From assembly GCA_963575745.1 (NCBI GenBank), contig CAUYUJ010000281.1, forward strand, positions 558,001 to 622,000: a DNA stretch of 64,000 bases. Direction: 5' to 3'. The stretch comes from Prorocentrum cordatum. Lineage: Eukaryota. Below, one piece after another: positions 21,240 through 35,266 of the stretch. The notes below the pieces were generated by a model that had not been told where the DNA came from, did not search any database, and saw only the letters and a list, made by a program, of their open reading frames with translations. Positions within the stretch are counted from its first letter, which is position 1, and the number at the start of each line of letters is the position of its first letter. The position numbers were made by a program, and so were the translations under genes.

Positions 21240-21605
21240 ATACCTATACGACCACACTTAGGGTGATAAGGAGGTTCGGAGGGGGGGGGAACCAACGTCT
21301 CACTCGATCGGTCTCACTATCGATCTCAATATCGATCTCACTATCGGTCTCGCTCGATCGATCTAACTCGATCGATCTCACAATCGATCTCACTCGATCT
21401 ATCTCATTCGATCGATCTCACAATTGATCTCACAATCGATCTCACACTCGATCACACAATCGATCTCACATTCGGTCTCAATATCGATCTCACTATCGAT
21501 ATCATAATCGCTCTCACAATCAACGTCATCATCCTCATCATCATCATCATCAACATCATCAACATCAACATCATCACCAGCATCGTCATCATCATGCGGG
21601 CCCCG

Positions 21606-21647
<42 letters not shown>

Positions 21648-22735
21648 ACGTCAGCATCATCATCGGGACAACATCATCATCATCATCACCATCATCATCT
21701 CATCATCAACATCATCATCATCGGGACACAGTCATCGTCATCATCATCAGCAGCATCATCAGAATCATCATCATCATAATCGGGGCACCATCATGATCAC
21801 CATCGTTCTCATCATCAACATTATCATCAATATCGTCATCATCCTCGGGACACCATCATCATCATGATCATCGCATCATCATCATCATCGACATCATCAT
21901 CATCAACAACATCATCATCATTGGGGCACCATCATCATCATGAGCAACATCATCATCAACATCGTCATTATCATTATTATCATCATCGGGACACCATCAG
22001 CATCACCATGATCATCATCACCATCATCATCATCATCAACATCATCGGGACACCATAATCATCATCAACATCATCATCCTCAACATCATTATCGCCGGGA
22101 CACCATTTCCATCAACATCATCATCACCAACATCATCGGAATCATCATCATCATCAGCATCATCATCATCAGCATCATCATCGGGACACCATCATCGTCA
22201 TCATCATCAACATAATCATCATGAGCATCATCATCCTAATCATCTGGACACTATCATCATCATCGACATTATCATCAACATCATCTTCATCGGGACAGCA
22301 TCACCATCATCATCATCATCATCATCAGCATCATCACCATCATCATCTTCTCATCATCATCATCCTCGCGGGACACCGCGGGACACCGGCGGGACACCAC
22401 GGGACACCGCGGGACACCGCGGGACACCGCGGGACACCGCGGGACACCGGCGGGACACCGCGGGCCACCGGCCGCCCGGAAGGGAGTCATTTGGTCCGGC
22501 CGCGCCTCAGCCACACGGGACACTAGCGGGACACCGGCGGGACACCGCGGGCCACCGGCCGCCCGGAAGGGAGTCATTTGGTCCGGCCGCGCCTCAGCCA
22601 CAGGAGACTTTCTGTCGCCCGCCCACGCAGCTTCGCCTCGCCCGCACGGCACGCACGAACACGAAACCGAAATCGATTTCTCGGTAGGGGGGCTCTCCGT
22701 TCCACTTCGATCTCACCCCCTCACCTCCGATATAC
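21240..22735. mobile_element. Satellite-filled non-autonomous element with hairpin end (family B), copy 1, interrupting the copia RT
   Basis: Both ends match 53793-54773; interior of ATCGATCTCAC repeats, (CAT)n and GGGACACCGC repeats; copia frame resumes (DQDDYIKQL) immediately after. Confidence 0.7.
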
Positions 22736-23600
22736 GAAGGCGGAGGGCGTAGAGGGACCAAGACGACTACATCAAACAATTGCATCGCCCAATTGCACAC
22801 CCCGAACTTGTCGGAACATCACCTGATGCGACGGCCAGCAAGACTGTCAAGGCATGTGAGTCCGTCTTCGAGGTGCATTCAGCTACTCCGCTCTTTCTCA
22901 ATTCCGGGTAGTGGTGCATGTTGTGTCACTACAAAGCACTCACAAACCGACGAACCTCCAAGTGAGGCGCTGAATGTTCTCGTATACTACTGCAAAAACC
23001 TTGGCAGGTCACATACCATGCGATGACACGAGCCTGTACGGTGGATCTACACAGCGACTCGGGCTACAGAAAACTCACCAGAGAAGAGGACGACGAGACG
23101 AAAGGCTATGACCTTCGTTGGAGCAACCTGCTGCGCTGTGGCAACACGAGGAGCAAGGAGACGGTCATCCACTATATCGACAGCCTGTGTACGGCCAATC
23201 GCCTTCAAGTCCGATCCAGTTCCGTTGCTGACGCACTTGCTGCTGCCCACAGCGTGGACAAGCGCTATCCTACCTTAATGACACCATGTGAGCTCAAGAG
23301 GAGACCACTGACCTCCCCTGGACTCGAGCATCTCCGTGAACAAGGTGGACCCAGTAGCAAGGCATCCCTTACGAGTGATGCCGAATGCGTGGACTAGTCC
23401 CTCCCCAGCAAGGACCTGAAAACACCGAGAGAAAAATACTGCTGGGCCATAGCAGCTGGCTGAGAGAATTCCTGCAACTCGGCATCACAGACAACGCACA
23501 GTGGTGTGACACCCGGGATATGGCGGCGGGTGGACACACCAAGGGCCCTACCGGTCGTGCCACACACGAAGTGAAGCCACATGCACCTTACCGTGGCAAT
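22736..23600 (+). pseudogene. Decayed Ty1/copia-like RT C-terminus and RNase H
   Basis: DQDDYIKQL, DLHSDSGY, QVRSSSVADALAA, LTSDAECV, WCDTRDMAAGGHTKG correspond to degenerate copia RNase H motifs. Confidence 0.75.
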
Positions 23601-25009
23601 GCTCGAGCGCCGCTTTAGGGGGAAGAGGCACTGGGGAATATGAGCAGGAGGTGGAGGCGGAGCAGCAGGAGCAGGAGGAGCAGGAGGAGAAGGGATGAGG
23701 AGAAGGAGGCGGAGGAGGACGAGGGGGAGGAGGAGGCGGAGGAGGAGGAGGAGGAGGCGGAAGCCGCTGCCGTTCAAACGACTGGGTGGACCCATGAGGT
23801 CTGAGAGGCTGCTCAGCTGCGGCCGCCAGTTGCAGAAGAGGCGGGGCCCTCCTCCTGGCCCCACTCGGACCTTCCATGGAACCGCGGCCGCTTGGAGCGA
23901 GCGCGTGCCCGCGCTTTTCTTGCCTGCCTTTTGAGGTGGAGCCACGCAAGCCTGGAGGGAAGCGCGTGGCCACGCTCCTTCAGCCAGCCTTTTGGTTGGG
24001 GGTGTAGGCCCCCGCTTTTGGCCTGCGTGATGCGCGGACACGCGGCGCCACCGAACGTTGTTGGCCCGAGGCGGGGTCCACCGCAGCGGCGTCTGGAAGG
24101 GCTTTCTGGGGCGCCTCCCGCCTGCCCAGCACGAGCTGGTTGTTTCAGTTGACCCCTGCCCTGTTGCACTTGGTGCACAGGTTGCTCAAGCATGGCAAGA
24201 GGACCCGCTACTTCGCACCGCCCTTCTTTTTTGCTTGCCTCTCTGCAGCTGCGGTATTCCAGCCAGTCGGCTACCGAATCTCTGAATTGCTGCCTCGGGC
24301 CGGCTGCATGGACAGCGGCGGCCAGGCTCCGTTCCCCCCTCCTCGGCTTCGAGGGACCGTCCCAACTTGCTTGCCTATCCGCCGCTGCCCCGCCGCAAGG
24401 CAGCGCCGCCCCCCTATCTGCCCATGTTGGCGGGCGGCCCGCCCGCCATTTGCAGCGCCGCGGGTGACGGAAGGCCCTCGTCCCCTCCCAGCTATATCCT
24501 CGCCACACCGCCGTCGCCCACCTAGGAACAGACACGGCATGGCTCTCTCGCTACGGGCTGAGGGCCCCTAGACCCCCAAAAGAGCCACAAGCGGGCCCCA
24601 AGGGTGCCCCGACTGGCTCTGCGAGGGCCCTAGAGAGACTCAAGATGGCTCCAAGATACCTCCGAGAAAGTATTTCCAAGTGGGTTGTTACACTGCATGT
24701 TTCTACATTGTACACTTCCCTGATCAAGGTAACTCGCCTGGCTATATGTTTCCGGATAGGGTGGTAGGGATATGCGAAACGTCAAGAGTTCCGTTGCAAG
24801 GTGCTCGGGCTGACTCGACGACCTGGGGAAGGTAACGTGGCGTATAACCAACGCACAGCCAGGGCCATCGAAACGAGGGCGGCGCGCTTAAATTGCAAGT
24901 TGCTGCGCAGCAGAATACTAGATGAAATGCATCGGCAGCGTTGGACAGAGGAGCGCCAAATTATCCCCGCAGGCGTCAACCGACTCCGGAACACGCGTCG
25001 ATTCCCCCC

Positions 25010-25430
25010 CTCAAAACCACCCCAACAAGAAGCCATAATCCTTTAACCTCTGAAGGAAATGTGTCATTCGCGTATCTCGCACGTTCGCTTCTGTTGCGCT
25101 TCTGAGCCCCCAATATGACCACCTGATGGCCCGAGAGAGCCACAAGAGGGCATCAAGAGGCCCCCCAGACGGACCCAATAGCGCCCCATGGGCGCCCCAT
25201 GATGGCCCCAAAAGGCGAATTTGAGGGCTCCAGAGAAGGGGGACAAATTGGAGACCACCCCCTTTGATGGATAGTCTCCGAGATTGCTTGAAGAGGTTCT
25301 CCAGAGCTCCCAAGACTGCCTCCAGAGGGCTCCAATATGCTCCAAGAGTGCCCAAAGAGGACCCCAAGACGGCCCCAAGAGCGCCCCAGAGCGCCTCAAG
25401 AGCGTCCCACGAAGGCACCAAGAGGCGGCT
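25010..25430. repeat. CCAAGA-rich repeat related to 51-1370
   Basis: CCCCAAGACGGCCCCAAGAGCGCCCCAGAGCG motifs shared with the first 1.4 kb. Confidence 0.5.
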
Positions 25431-26329
25431 TACCTCCACTTCCTCCTCCTCCTCCTCCTTCTCCTCGTCCTCCTCCTCCTCCTCCCCCTCCTCCTCCTCC
25501 TCCTCCTCCTCCTCCTCCTCCTCCTCCTCCCGGGATGGCCCGAAGAGGAGCTCCAAGACCCCCCCCTTGCTCCACAAGATCTCTCTGTTCACCCTGGTTG
25601 CCCACGCTGTGTCACTATATGTGTCCCTTGGTCCCTTTTTCCCGCCAGCTCTCATGGGTAGGGTTCCGAACGGGCCTGTGAACAAACTTTTTGGTCTGCG
25701 GGCTCGCGAAGCAGGTCGAAAGCCGTCCGATCACTAGCCGGGCCGCGACTAGGCAGCAAGAAAGAGAGGGGCAAGCGAAGCGAGCGCGCGGGCAGCCACT
25801 CAAAAGTGCACCAGGAGCGGCACTCCCAACCCGGTGGCGCGGAAATCCCGGTGGCGACCATCAAGTAGGCGCAGCCAAAATGGCGCGGCGGCACGACCAT
25901 GAACACGCAGAGGTCGATCGCCCGTTGTGAATCGGCATAGGGCCCGACGAAGACGGACATCCGTGCCGTAGGTGACACAACAGCATCGTGTCGGCGCCGG
26001 AGTGAAGAGGGGGTAGCCTAGTCACAGGCAGGACTGCAAACGGCAGATCCTCTGGTATGTCCACCTGGTGGCACAGGTCGAAAGCGAAGTCCATGAAGGA
26101 GACAGCAGCCGACGGGCGCCCAGAGCCAAACATGCCGACATCCTTGCACCGAAGAGGACGGCACCGTAGCAAGTCCGTCTGTGAGCATACGCGAAGCGTG
26201 GATCATTTCGATTTTTTCGCTAAGACGATCTGCGCTCACTGGGGATTGCCCGTGACGCCACCAAACACCGTTTCAGAGCAAATGAGAAGATAATCCAGCA
26301 AACGCCGACGACCCCAAGGCCACGACCTG

Positions 26330-26860
26330 GACGAACTTCCAACTTCACATGCTGACGACGGAAATGATCCTGAATAGAATGGGGGGGCACGTTGATGCAG
26401 GTACTGTTAGTGAAGGGCTGCCCGCCATTAAAGCGCATTGTCTGAAGTCACGCCCCTTACCTCAACCCAGGTCCCCTACAGCAAGCAGACCGTACGAGCG
26501 ACAGTTCGGCTACTTTGCTGACGTCCGAATGGCTCCCCCCAGAGTGGCAGCGAGACCCAGTGGCATGGCGACGGCGTGCCCACAACGTCATCACGGACAA
26601 TCTCGTCAATTACACCATGAATATCTGGCTAACATGGTCTTCAAATTTCGATTGGCCCCAGCCGAGCGAAGCATTCCACTACTGTATAATGATTTGTCAT
26701 ACAGACGGCGGGGCAGAGCTCGCTGGCCACTTGCATGGATAATGTGAGTGATGTTGTTACTGCTGATAAGCACAACCTGGCCATGGGAGGCACGCCCCTC
26801 GGGACTTGGACAGCGTCTTTCGCCGCAGAGGCTGTTGCACTGGCGGAATGCACGACGGTT
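26330..26860 (+). pseudogene. Decayed RNase H-like region, probably the 3' end of a non-LTR element
   Basis: WRRRAHNVITDNLVNYTM (from 26566), ICHTDGG (about 26692-26712), SFAAEAVALAEC (about 26816-26851, frameshifted). Confidence 0.55.
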
Positions 26861-27281
26861 GTGGGAAGACTGGTTGAGCGTTTGGCGCACGCATTGTGAG
26901 AACTCGCAGTGAAGTGCCGAGCTGGGTAAGGAAGCCTCCAGGCCGAAGTGCGAAACGAATCGACACGGAGGAGGAGGAGGGGAAGGAGGAGGAGGAGGAG
27001 GAGGAGGAGGAGAAGGAGAAGGAGGAGCAGGAGGAGGAGGAGGAGGAGGAGGGGGAGGAGGAGGACGAGGAGGAGGAGGGGGAGGAGGAGGAGGGGAGGA
27101 GGAGGGAGGAGGAGGAGGGAGGAGGAGGAGGAGGAGGGGAAGGAGGAGGAGGAGGAGGCTGAGGAGGAGGAGTGGCGGAGGAGGAGGGGGAGGGAATCCC
27201 TCAGGAGGGGGGCACAGCGCCCGCGCCAGCAGAAGCGACCAGGAGGAGGACAGCGACGCCGACGAGGCGACGCCGCCCGAC

Positions 27282-27361
27282 CTGTCCTCCTGGAAGGAGT
27301 AGGCGCTCCGGTCCACGGTGAAGTAGGCCTGCTGCTCCTTCAGGCTCAAGCCGAGCTTCAC
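27282..27361 (-). CDS. Host gene internal exon (VKLGLSLKEQQAYFTVDRSAYSFQED(R))
   Basis: Acceptor ctcgccAG|G phase 0; donor AG|GT phase 2; all codons end in G/C; phases match both neighbouring exons. Confidence 0.8.
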
Positions 27362-28473
27362 CTGGCGAGAAGCGTCTGGGCGGGCCGAGTCGAGCGGGCA
27401 CACCTCGGGGGCTCCTGCTTCCCCCTCGCGCGGCAAAGCTCTGGGGGGCCCGGGGGGCTCGCGGCCTCCAGCGCGCGCCCAGGGCGCCTGGCTCGAGGTG
27501 GGCGTCGGGCTGTCCTTGGAAAGCGGTGCACGCTGGCAACCTCTCTGCTCGGTGTCGGCACCAGCGAGAGCGATCGTCCGAGAAAGAGAGAGAGAGAGAG
27601 AGAGACCCTTTCGTTTTCCACGCTCTTTGCCGTCTCTGCGCCCCCCCCGGTCTGTCCCGTTCCCCATCCCGCGCCGGTCCTCCCTCCCCTCCCCCCCACG
27701 TCAACCCCTCGCCGCGCTGCCCATCCCCTCCCCACCCGCCCTCCCCTCCCCCCCTCGCCCTGTCTGCCCCAAACCGTGAATGATGCAAGGGGTCCTCACT
27801 CAGCTGAAGAAGGTCCCCGCCACTTCCGGCCAAGACTCGATGTATTTGTGACCGTGTGAACGTGCGTGAGGGTGCGTTTGTGTTTGTGTGTGCGTGTGTG
27901 TGCGTGTATGTGTGTGTGTGTGTGAGTGTGTGTGTGTGTATGTGTACGTGTGCGTGTGCGTGTGCGTGCGTGCGTGTGTGAATGTGTGTGTCCTCGATTT
28001 GCTTCGCTTTGTCGCCGCGCGCGAGACCGCGACCGCCAAAAAGTGTGCGCGTGTGTGGACCACTCACGGACGGCCGATCATCGATCCAGACGGCCAGCCA
28101 GAGGCTTAAACATAAACGCAGGCCAAACGCGGACCTCATCTGACAAGAGAAGCAGGCCGCAAGGCCCGCAAGACCTACACGTCGGTCATTTCTAATCGTG
28201 CTCATTTCTAATTGTGCTCGTCTCTAATTTTTCCTGGCCCCCTTAGTGGCCAGGAAAAGGCCCAGGACAGAATAATTAGAAATGAAAGGATCTTGGCCCC
28301 CAACAGAAATCAAAGAACTCTCGAAGACTCAGCACTGGACAGCGCGTATAGCCTAGCACGAGTGCACACACGAGCGCCGGGACCGAGGGCCACCCCGGCA
28401 GCCCTGCAGGGCCGCGGCCAACCGCTCAACCGCCCAGGGGACCACGCGGGCCCAACCAGGGGCGGCCCATATG

Positions 28474-28637
28474 TGAAGGGGCCCTGGGACACACAAATAA
28501 ATACACATAAATAGAAATACTCCCCATATTCTCCCATATGTTCTGGGTTTCTGTCTTCCCGCCCACTTCCCATATGTTCCCCTTATTTTCTGGGGGAATC
28601 GACGATTAATTGTGTCTGTGTGTTTTTTCCCCTCCTG
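28474..28637. mobile_element. Short interspersed repeat family A, copy 1
   Basis: TGAAGGGGCCC..GACACACAAATAAATACAC..CCCATAT..TTAATTGTGTCTGTGTGTTTTTTCCCCTCCTG; four copies in the window, all in the same orientation. Confidence 0.7.
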
Positions 28638-28903
28638 GACCTTGGCTCAGAGCGCGGCCCCTCTCGCTCAGCACGCCCTCTCGCAGCCGCGGCCGTCCAG
28701 TGACGCATTGCCTTGCGCCAGACTGGCTACGGACGTGTGTGTGTGTGTGTGTGTGAGGGAGAGAGAGTTCGTTTGCGGATGCTCGTTCTGCATTACCTCT
28801 GCTGCGTCAGCTGGTCCGGACCGCGAGCCGCTCTTGCGCTGGACCTGAGCTGCGCCGCGCCGCTGCGCGCGTGGCCGCGACGCCAAACAGTGCGCCCTTG
28901 CGG

Positions 28904-28951
<48 letters not shown>

Positions 28952-31900
28952 GTGTGCGTGTGTGTGTGTGTGTGTGTGGCTACGTGTGTGCACAAAGCCA
29001 TGAGAACGTCACTGCGAAACCAGCGTGGCCCGTTGCGTCGCCTTCGCGGTCTGCACCGAGCCGCTGGCTCGAGGCAACGGTGTGTGCGCGTGTCGGGGGG
29101 CCTGGCCGAAGGGTCACCACCGCCTCCACGGACAGCCTGGCCGTGCTGCGGCCCCTCCACGACGACCCGTCCCCTCTTCGGGGGCTGGAGCTGGCGAGGG
29201 AGACCCCGCCCCGCCCTCCTTTCGGGGGCTCCCGACGCCCCCCCGCGCGCTGCGAGAGGGCACCCAGCTGACCTCGTCGCACCTTCTGGCCCTGCCGGCG
29301 GGGCGGGGCCAGACGCTCCGACGGGCAGCGACAGAGAGCGAGGGCAGGCCGTCCCCACCAATGTGTGGCCCCCCTCGGCGCGTCTCGCAGGCCGGCAGCC
29401 GCTGCGCGGAGGGGAGGAGGAGGAGGAGGAGGAGGAGGAGGAGGAGGAGGAGGAGGAGGAGGAGGAGGAGGAGGAGGAGGAGGAGGAAGGAGGAGGAGAG
29501 AGGAGGAAGGAGAGGAGGGAGGAGGAGGAGGAGAGAGGAGGAGGAGGAAGGAGGAAGAGGGGGGAGGGGAGAGGGGAGGGGGAGGGGGAGGGGGGGGCCG
29601 GCTGCTGCTTTTCGGGATGGGGGCTTCGCCTGGGTTTCTCGGAGGGCGCGGCCCGAGTCGTGAGCCCGTGCGACAACCGCACAGCCTCCGAACCACTCCG
29701 GCGAGAGGCGTGGCTCTCTCGCCCGGAGCCAGCCCGGGTGTCACCTAAGCGGCAATCGTGTTGAACTTCGCAGGGGCCACGAGCATTGGCGGCAGAAGCC
29801 TGACGCCCTTGCGCTTCGGCGCTGTCGCGTAATCTTTGCAAGAGTGGAGGGCGGATCTTTTATCACAGGGTCGCTCCCAGAAGTGAGAACAGGGACTTGA
29901 CCACGGGCTGGACTTCGCACGGGAGGGTGCGTGGCAGAATCGTTGACGTTCCTTTTAGTTTGCTCTGGCCCTCCTCCTCCTCCTCCTCCTCCTCCTCCCC
30001 TCCTCCTCCACCTCCTCCTCCTCCTCCTCCTCCTCCTCCTCTTCCTCCTCCCCCTTCCCCGCCCCTACCACCACCTGCCCCTGCCCCACCTCCCCTTCCG
30101 CCTCCGCCACCCCCGAGGAGGCCGTCGCCTCGAAGCACCGCTGGCTGGCCTCCTGCCACTTGCCCGCCATGGACTGGTCTATCACCATGGCGAGCGGCTG
30201 ATTCCTGCTCCTGCCGCCGCGGGGGGGGGATTCTCCATATGCGCATCCCCCCTCCGGCCTCTCCCTCCTCCACCTTCTCCTCCTTTCGTGCTCCATCTTC
30301 CACCCCCCCCCCTCCCTCTGTTCCTTCTCCTCCTCCTCCTCCTTCTCCTCCGCATTCCTCCTCATCCCTCCTTCTCTGTCTCCGTATTCCACCTCCGTCT
30401 CCTCCACCCCCTTCTCCCATCTCCTCTGCCACCCTCCATTCCGCCGTCTCTTCCTCCGCAAGCAAACAGAGGTGCTGATGGCACTCTGGATCGGGGAGAC
30501 GATAGCAGTGGCTAGCTGCCCCTCCTCCTCCTCCTCCTCCACATCATCATCAGATTTATCGTTCTCATCATTATCAATATCATCATCAGTTTTGTATTCC
30601 TCCTCCGAGTCTCCATCTTCCTCCGCCTCCCTTCCTTCATCCTCTTCATCTCGCTCTCCCCCATGCCGACTTTCTCCCTCCTCTTCCTCCGCCTCATTAT
30701 TGTCTGCATCTTCGAGATAATCCCATCCTCCACAGCATGTGTAAATCCTAGTCTCACCGTTCGCCTTGTTCTACTGTGCATCTAGTGCCTGGCCACGATT
30801 ACCCCAAATCCCCCACATGCCTCGACGTCGACCGAACATCTGGATGGAAATGCTGCGTAAGTTCTTTCCATTCGCTAAACAAGAGTGGGATTGAACAAAA
30901 CAGTTCTTAACTCGCATCGGAACTCATACGCACTGTTGGCCACGCGGCAAACGATCAATCCCACCAACGCCTCAACCTGCGAGGAAAATGCGCCGTGATC
31001 CCTGTGTTAGCTGGTGGAGAAGAACTCACCATTGAGTATGCCGCGCGGCAGTCGCACGGGCACTCAGCATCGAAATGCGCGGTGAGTCAATAATTCACTT
31101 CGCACGTGAAATTGCGAATACCGGATTCGCACGCTGAACCCGCGCCATTACTTGGTATGCTCCGGCCATCCTTCCTTCCTCCAATCGGGACGGTACCTCG
31201 CCCACCATGTTCACTCGGCGCGGGGGGTCGCTCATCCAACTGGCCAGACGCTCCGCATCTTGCCGGCTGCACTGTAGCAAACGCCACGTCAGTACGAACC
31301 CCCCGTGCACACTGCGCAGGCCGACGACCGCTCTCTCGCGCGGCGGGGGGGCTCGGCCTGCCGCGACCGGTGGCGCCGTTTCCCGCGCGCCTCGAGGCCG
31401 AGACCTTCTTTGAGGGGCCTGCTTGCCACAATCACCACGATAAGTTGGAGGGGGGAAGGAGGTGGAGGTGGAGGATGAGGAGGATGATGATGATGATGAG
31501 GAGGAGGAGGAGGAGGAGGAGGAGGAGGAGGAGGGGGAGGAGGAGGAGGAGGAGGAGGAGGAGGAGGAGGAAGAGTAGGAGGAGGAGGAGGAGGAACCCC
31601 CTCCCCCTCCTACTTCTGGTGGTGGCGGTGGAAAGCAAGCCCGCCACTCTTACAGCGCGCGGCGAGCCCTTGGCCCGCCCCGCCCCTGGCCGGCAGGCCG
31701 CGGTGGCTCGTGTGAGTAGGAGTGCAGTGCGAGGTCGCCAAGATGCTGCCAGGCCTCCTCCTCCTCTTCCTCCTCCTCCTCCTCCTCCTTTCCTCCTCTC
31801 CTTCCTCCTCCTCCTCCTTCTCCTCCTCCTCCTCCCCCCCCTCCTCCTCCTCCTCCTCGTCCTCCTCCTCCTCCCCCTCCTCCTCGCCCTCCTCCTTCTC

Positions 31901-34309
31901 CTCCTCCCCCTCCTGGGGGGGGGGGGGGGCGGGGGGCCCCCAGGCAGGGGCGGGTGGGCACGTCCCCGCTCTGGCAGAGCTGCGCCCGCTGACGCGGTGG
32001 GGCTGCAGCGTTCCTGCCTCTCGGTCGGGCGCGGCTGCCTGCGCTGCGGCTTGGGAGCTCCGTGGCGCAGGTGGTGGCAGGTACGGTGCTGCGTGGCTGG
32101 ACCACGCCGCCGAGGTGGCCCAAGCACCAGGCATTACCAGCGGCGTCCCTGCCGACGCGCTCTCCAGAGGCGGCCCGCGCGGAGCCCGAGGCGCGCAGGC
32201 GGGCTGTCAAGCACGGAAAAACACTCGGTGGTGTCGCCAGGCGTCTAGGCGTACGACCAGGCATGGCTCTTCGTGCAGCTGGGCGCGCTGGGTACCGATG
32301 GGCTCGCCCCCTGCCGGAAATCGCTTCCAGTGCGGGGGCCGCTTGATCCTGGCGCACGGTGGGCGTCGAGCGAGGGGGCGTACCGTGTGGCGATGTTGCC
32401 AGGCCTGGGCACCGGCGCGGGCGCCTGGCCGCGGTGCAGTGGAAGCACGGGTGGCCGAGGGTATCGCCGCTGTCCCGTGCGCGTGCCCGCTCTGCGCCGC
32501 TGCGGCTCCAGAGGGCTGCACGCCGGTGGAGTGCCTCGGGCACCTGCTGTCCGCGTGCGCTGCGGCAGCCCCCCCTGTGCGAGGCGTGCCCCCGCGCAGC
32601 GCCTTGGTGCGATGGGCCACGTTGCGACGCGGAGGGCGGCGGCACCACCGCGCTCCTGCCGCGGGTCCGCCTGGCGGATCTCACTCTGCGCGCGTGGACG
32701 CTGGGCGCGAGGGCGGGGGGGGGGGGGCGCGGCGGGGGGGCGGGGGCAAGGCAGAGGCGCCCGCGCCTACGCCCGGCGCTCCTTGCCGCGTCGGCCAGGA
32801 GGCCCTGAGAGGCGGCGGCGCGCGCGGCGGGGCGCAGCGGGCCTCCGTGCCCGGGAGCGGCGGACGTGCCTCGCGCAGAAGTGCCTCTCCTCCTGTGATC
32901 CCTCCTCGATCCCTGCTCGGTCTCTCCTCCCCCTCCCCCTCCTCCAGCTCCTCCTCCTCCTCCTCCAGCTCCTCCCCCTCCTCCAGCTCCTCCCCCTCCT
33001 CCAGCTCCTCCAACTATGGGCTCCTCCCCCTCCTCCAGCTCCTCCTCCTCCTCCTCCTCTTCCTCCTCCTCCTCATCTTCCTCTTCCTCCTCCTCCGTTT
33101 GCGGTGGCCAGACCTTATGCGTCCACATGTGGCGTTATTATATTTCCTCCTCCTCCTCCTCCTCCGCCTCCTCCTGCTCCCGTCCCTCCACCTCCTCCTT
33201 CTCCTGTCCTCCTTCTCATCCTCCTTCTCCTCCTCCCATGCTGTGCCTCCTCCTCCTCCTCCTGCTCGTCCTTCCCGACGCTCATCGTCATTCCTCCGCC
33301 CCCATAGTCTTCCTGGCCGCCTGCATCCTCACTCCCTCCCCCTCCCTCCTTCCCTCCCTCCAGCCCCCTCTCTCTGCTCATCCCTCTCCCTCCCCCTCCC
33401 TCCCCTTCCCTCCCTCCACCCCCCGTCCCCCGCCCCCCACAAACGCAGAATGTGAGTGCTACGATCCTCTCTCCCCTGCCTGCGTGCCGTCGTGGCCCTG
33501 CTCCTCCTCGCCTCCCCTCCCCGATTGCGCAGCAAACTATGGGGCAGATTCCGCGAGTGCCATCTGGGCACCAAAAGGCTCCTATAGGACGCCCGGGACT
33601 GCGAATAGAAGAGAAATGTCGGCGCAAAAGGGCTAATGGGCGGGAGTGGCCGTGTTCCGGAAGCCCTGAATCCAAAAATGCTGCCAGCATTTGGGGGTGC
33701 ATCTCTTACTCCGCCGGCTTCCGCCAGCCTTCCGCAGGCGGAGGCGGCCTCGGTTTACTTCCGCGGGCTTCCGCCGTCCTTCCACCGTCTTCCTCCGAGG
33801 AAGAGACGACAGCTCAGTCGATCCTTGAACGCGGGACCCTGTCGGGCATGCCCCAGATGTGGCCCAAGCGCACCTGGGTGGGCCCGCCCTTCCCCCTCTG
33901 CGACGACGAGCGACGACGACGAGCGGCGACGACGATCGACAACCGAGATTGACAACGACGACGACGACAACGACGACGACCACGATTGACGACGACGACG
34001 AAGACGACGACGACGAAGACGACGACCACGACGAGCGACGACGACGATCGGCGACGACGATGGACGAACGCGATTGAGGAAGGACGACGGCGACCGACGA
34101 CCGACGACGACGATCGACGACGACGATCCCTCCTGTTGCTCGCCTCACCTGTGCTGTCCGACCCAGGCAGCGGGGCGGCTGGGGCGGGCCTGGTGCCGCC
34201 CTCAGCGTTGGGCTCGGACCGGATTTTCAGCTCGTGCATGCGGTTGCCGGGGCCCCTTGCGGAGGGGAATGGGAGGCGGGGTCATTAGGAAAGGGAGGAA
34301 TACAACAGT

Positions 34310-34721
34310 GCTGGTGATGATGGTGACGGTGATGGTGACGGTGATGGTGACGGCGATGGTGGCGGTGACGGTCGTGGTGACGGTTGTGATTATGATGATG
34401 ATGATGATGATGATGATGATGCTGATGATGATGATGATGATGATGATGATGAGGAAACTGACGACGATCATGATGGCTGTGACGTTATGGTGCTGGTTAT
34501 GGTGATGATGATGGCGATGATGATGATGGTGATGGTGATGCTGGTGATGATGGTGGTGATGATAATGATGCAGATGATGCGGCCGAAGATGGTGATTTGG
34601 AGGATCATTAGACTTGCGACTATCATGATGGCAATGCTGTTATGATACTGATGATGCTGACGATGAGATGGATGGGGTTCTGTATGATGACGGCGGTGAT
34701 GAGGATGATTATGACTATAAA

Positions 34722-34762
<41 letters not shown>

Positions 34763-35219
34763 CGATGGCGCTGATGATGATGCTTATGATGATGGTGATG
34801 ATGATTATGGTGATGAGGATGAGGAGGATGATGATGATGTTGGTGATGATGATGGTTGTGGGGGTGCGATGAATGGAGAAGATGACGTAAAAGAAGATGT
34901 TGAATATGATAAGGAGGAGGATCCAGATAATGGTGGCGTTCATGATGGCTATGCTGCATGGTGCTGATGATGATGATGGCGATGATGATGGTGATGACGA
35001 TGATGATGATGATGTTGATGATGGTTGCGAGGGTGATGTCGATTGATATGATGATGTTGGCGAAGGCTGTGATGGATGGTGGTAACGATGATGATGCTGA
35101 TAATGGTAATGGTGCTGATGCTAATGCTGATGATGATGGTGATGATGATGCTGATGATGATGATGATGATGATGGCGCGGATGTAGGTGATGCTGATGAT
35201 GAATCTGATGATGATGATA

Positions 35220-35266
<47 letters not shown>

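Noticed and set aside
25873..25884. Spliced-leader relic (GCCATTTTGGCT on the minus strand)
   Set aside because: Only the 12-nt core matches, the CAAG end is missing and no gene follows. CCGTAGCCA near 40402 is an even shorter match.
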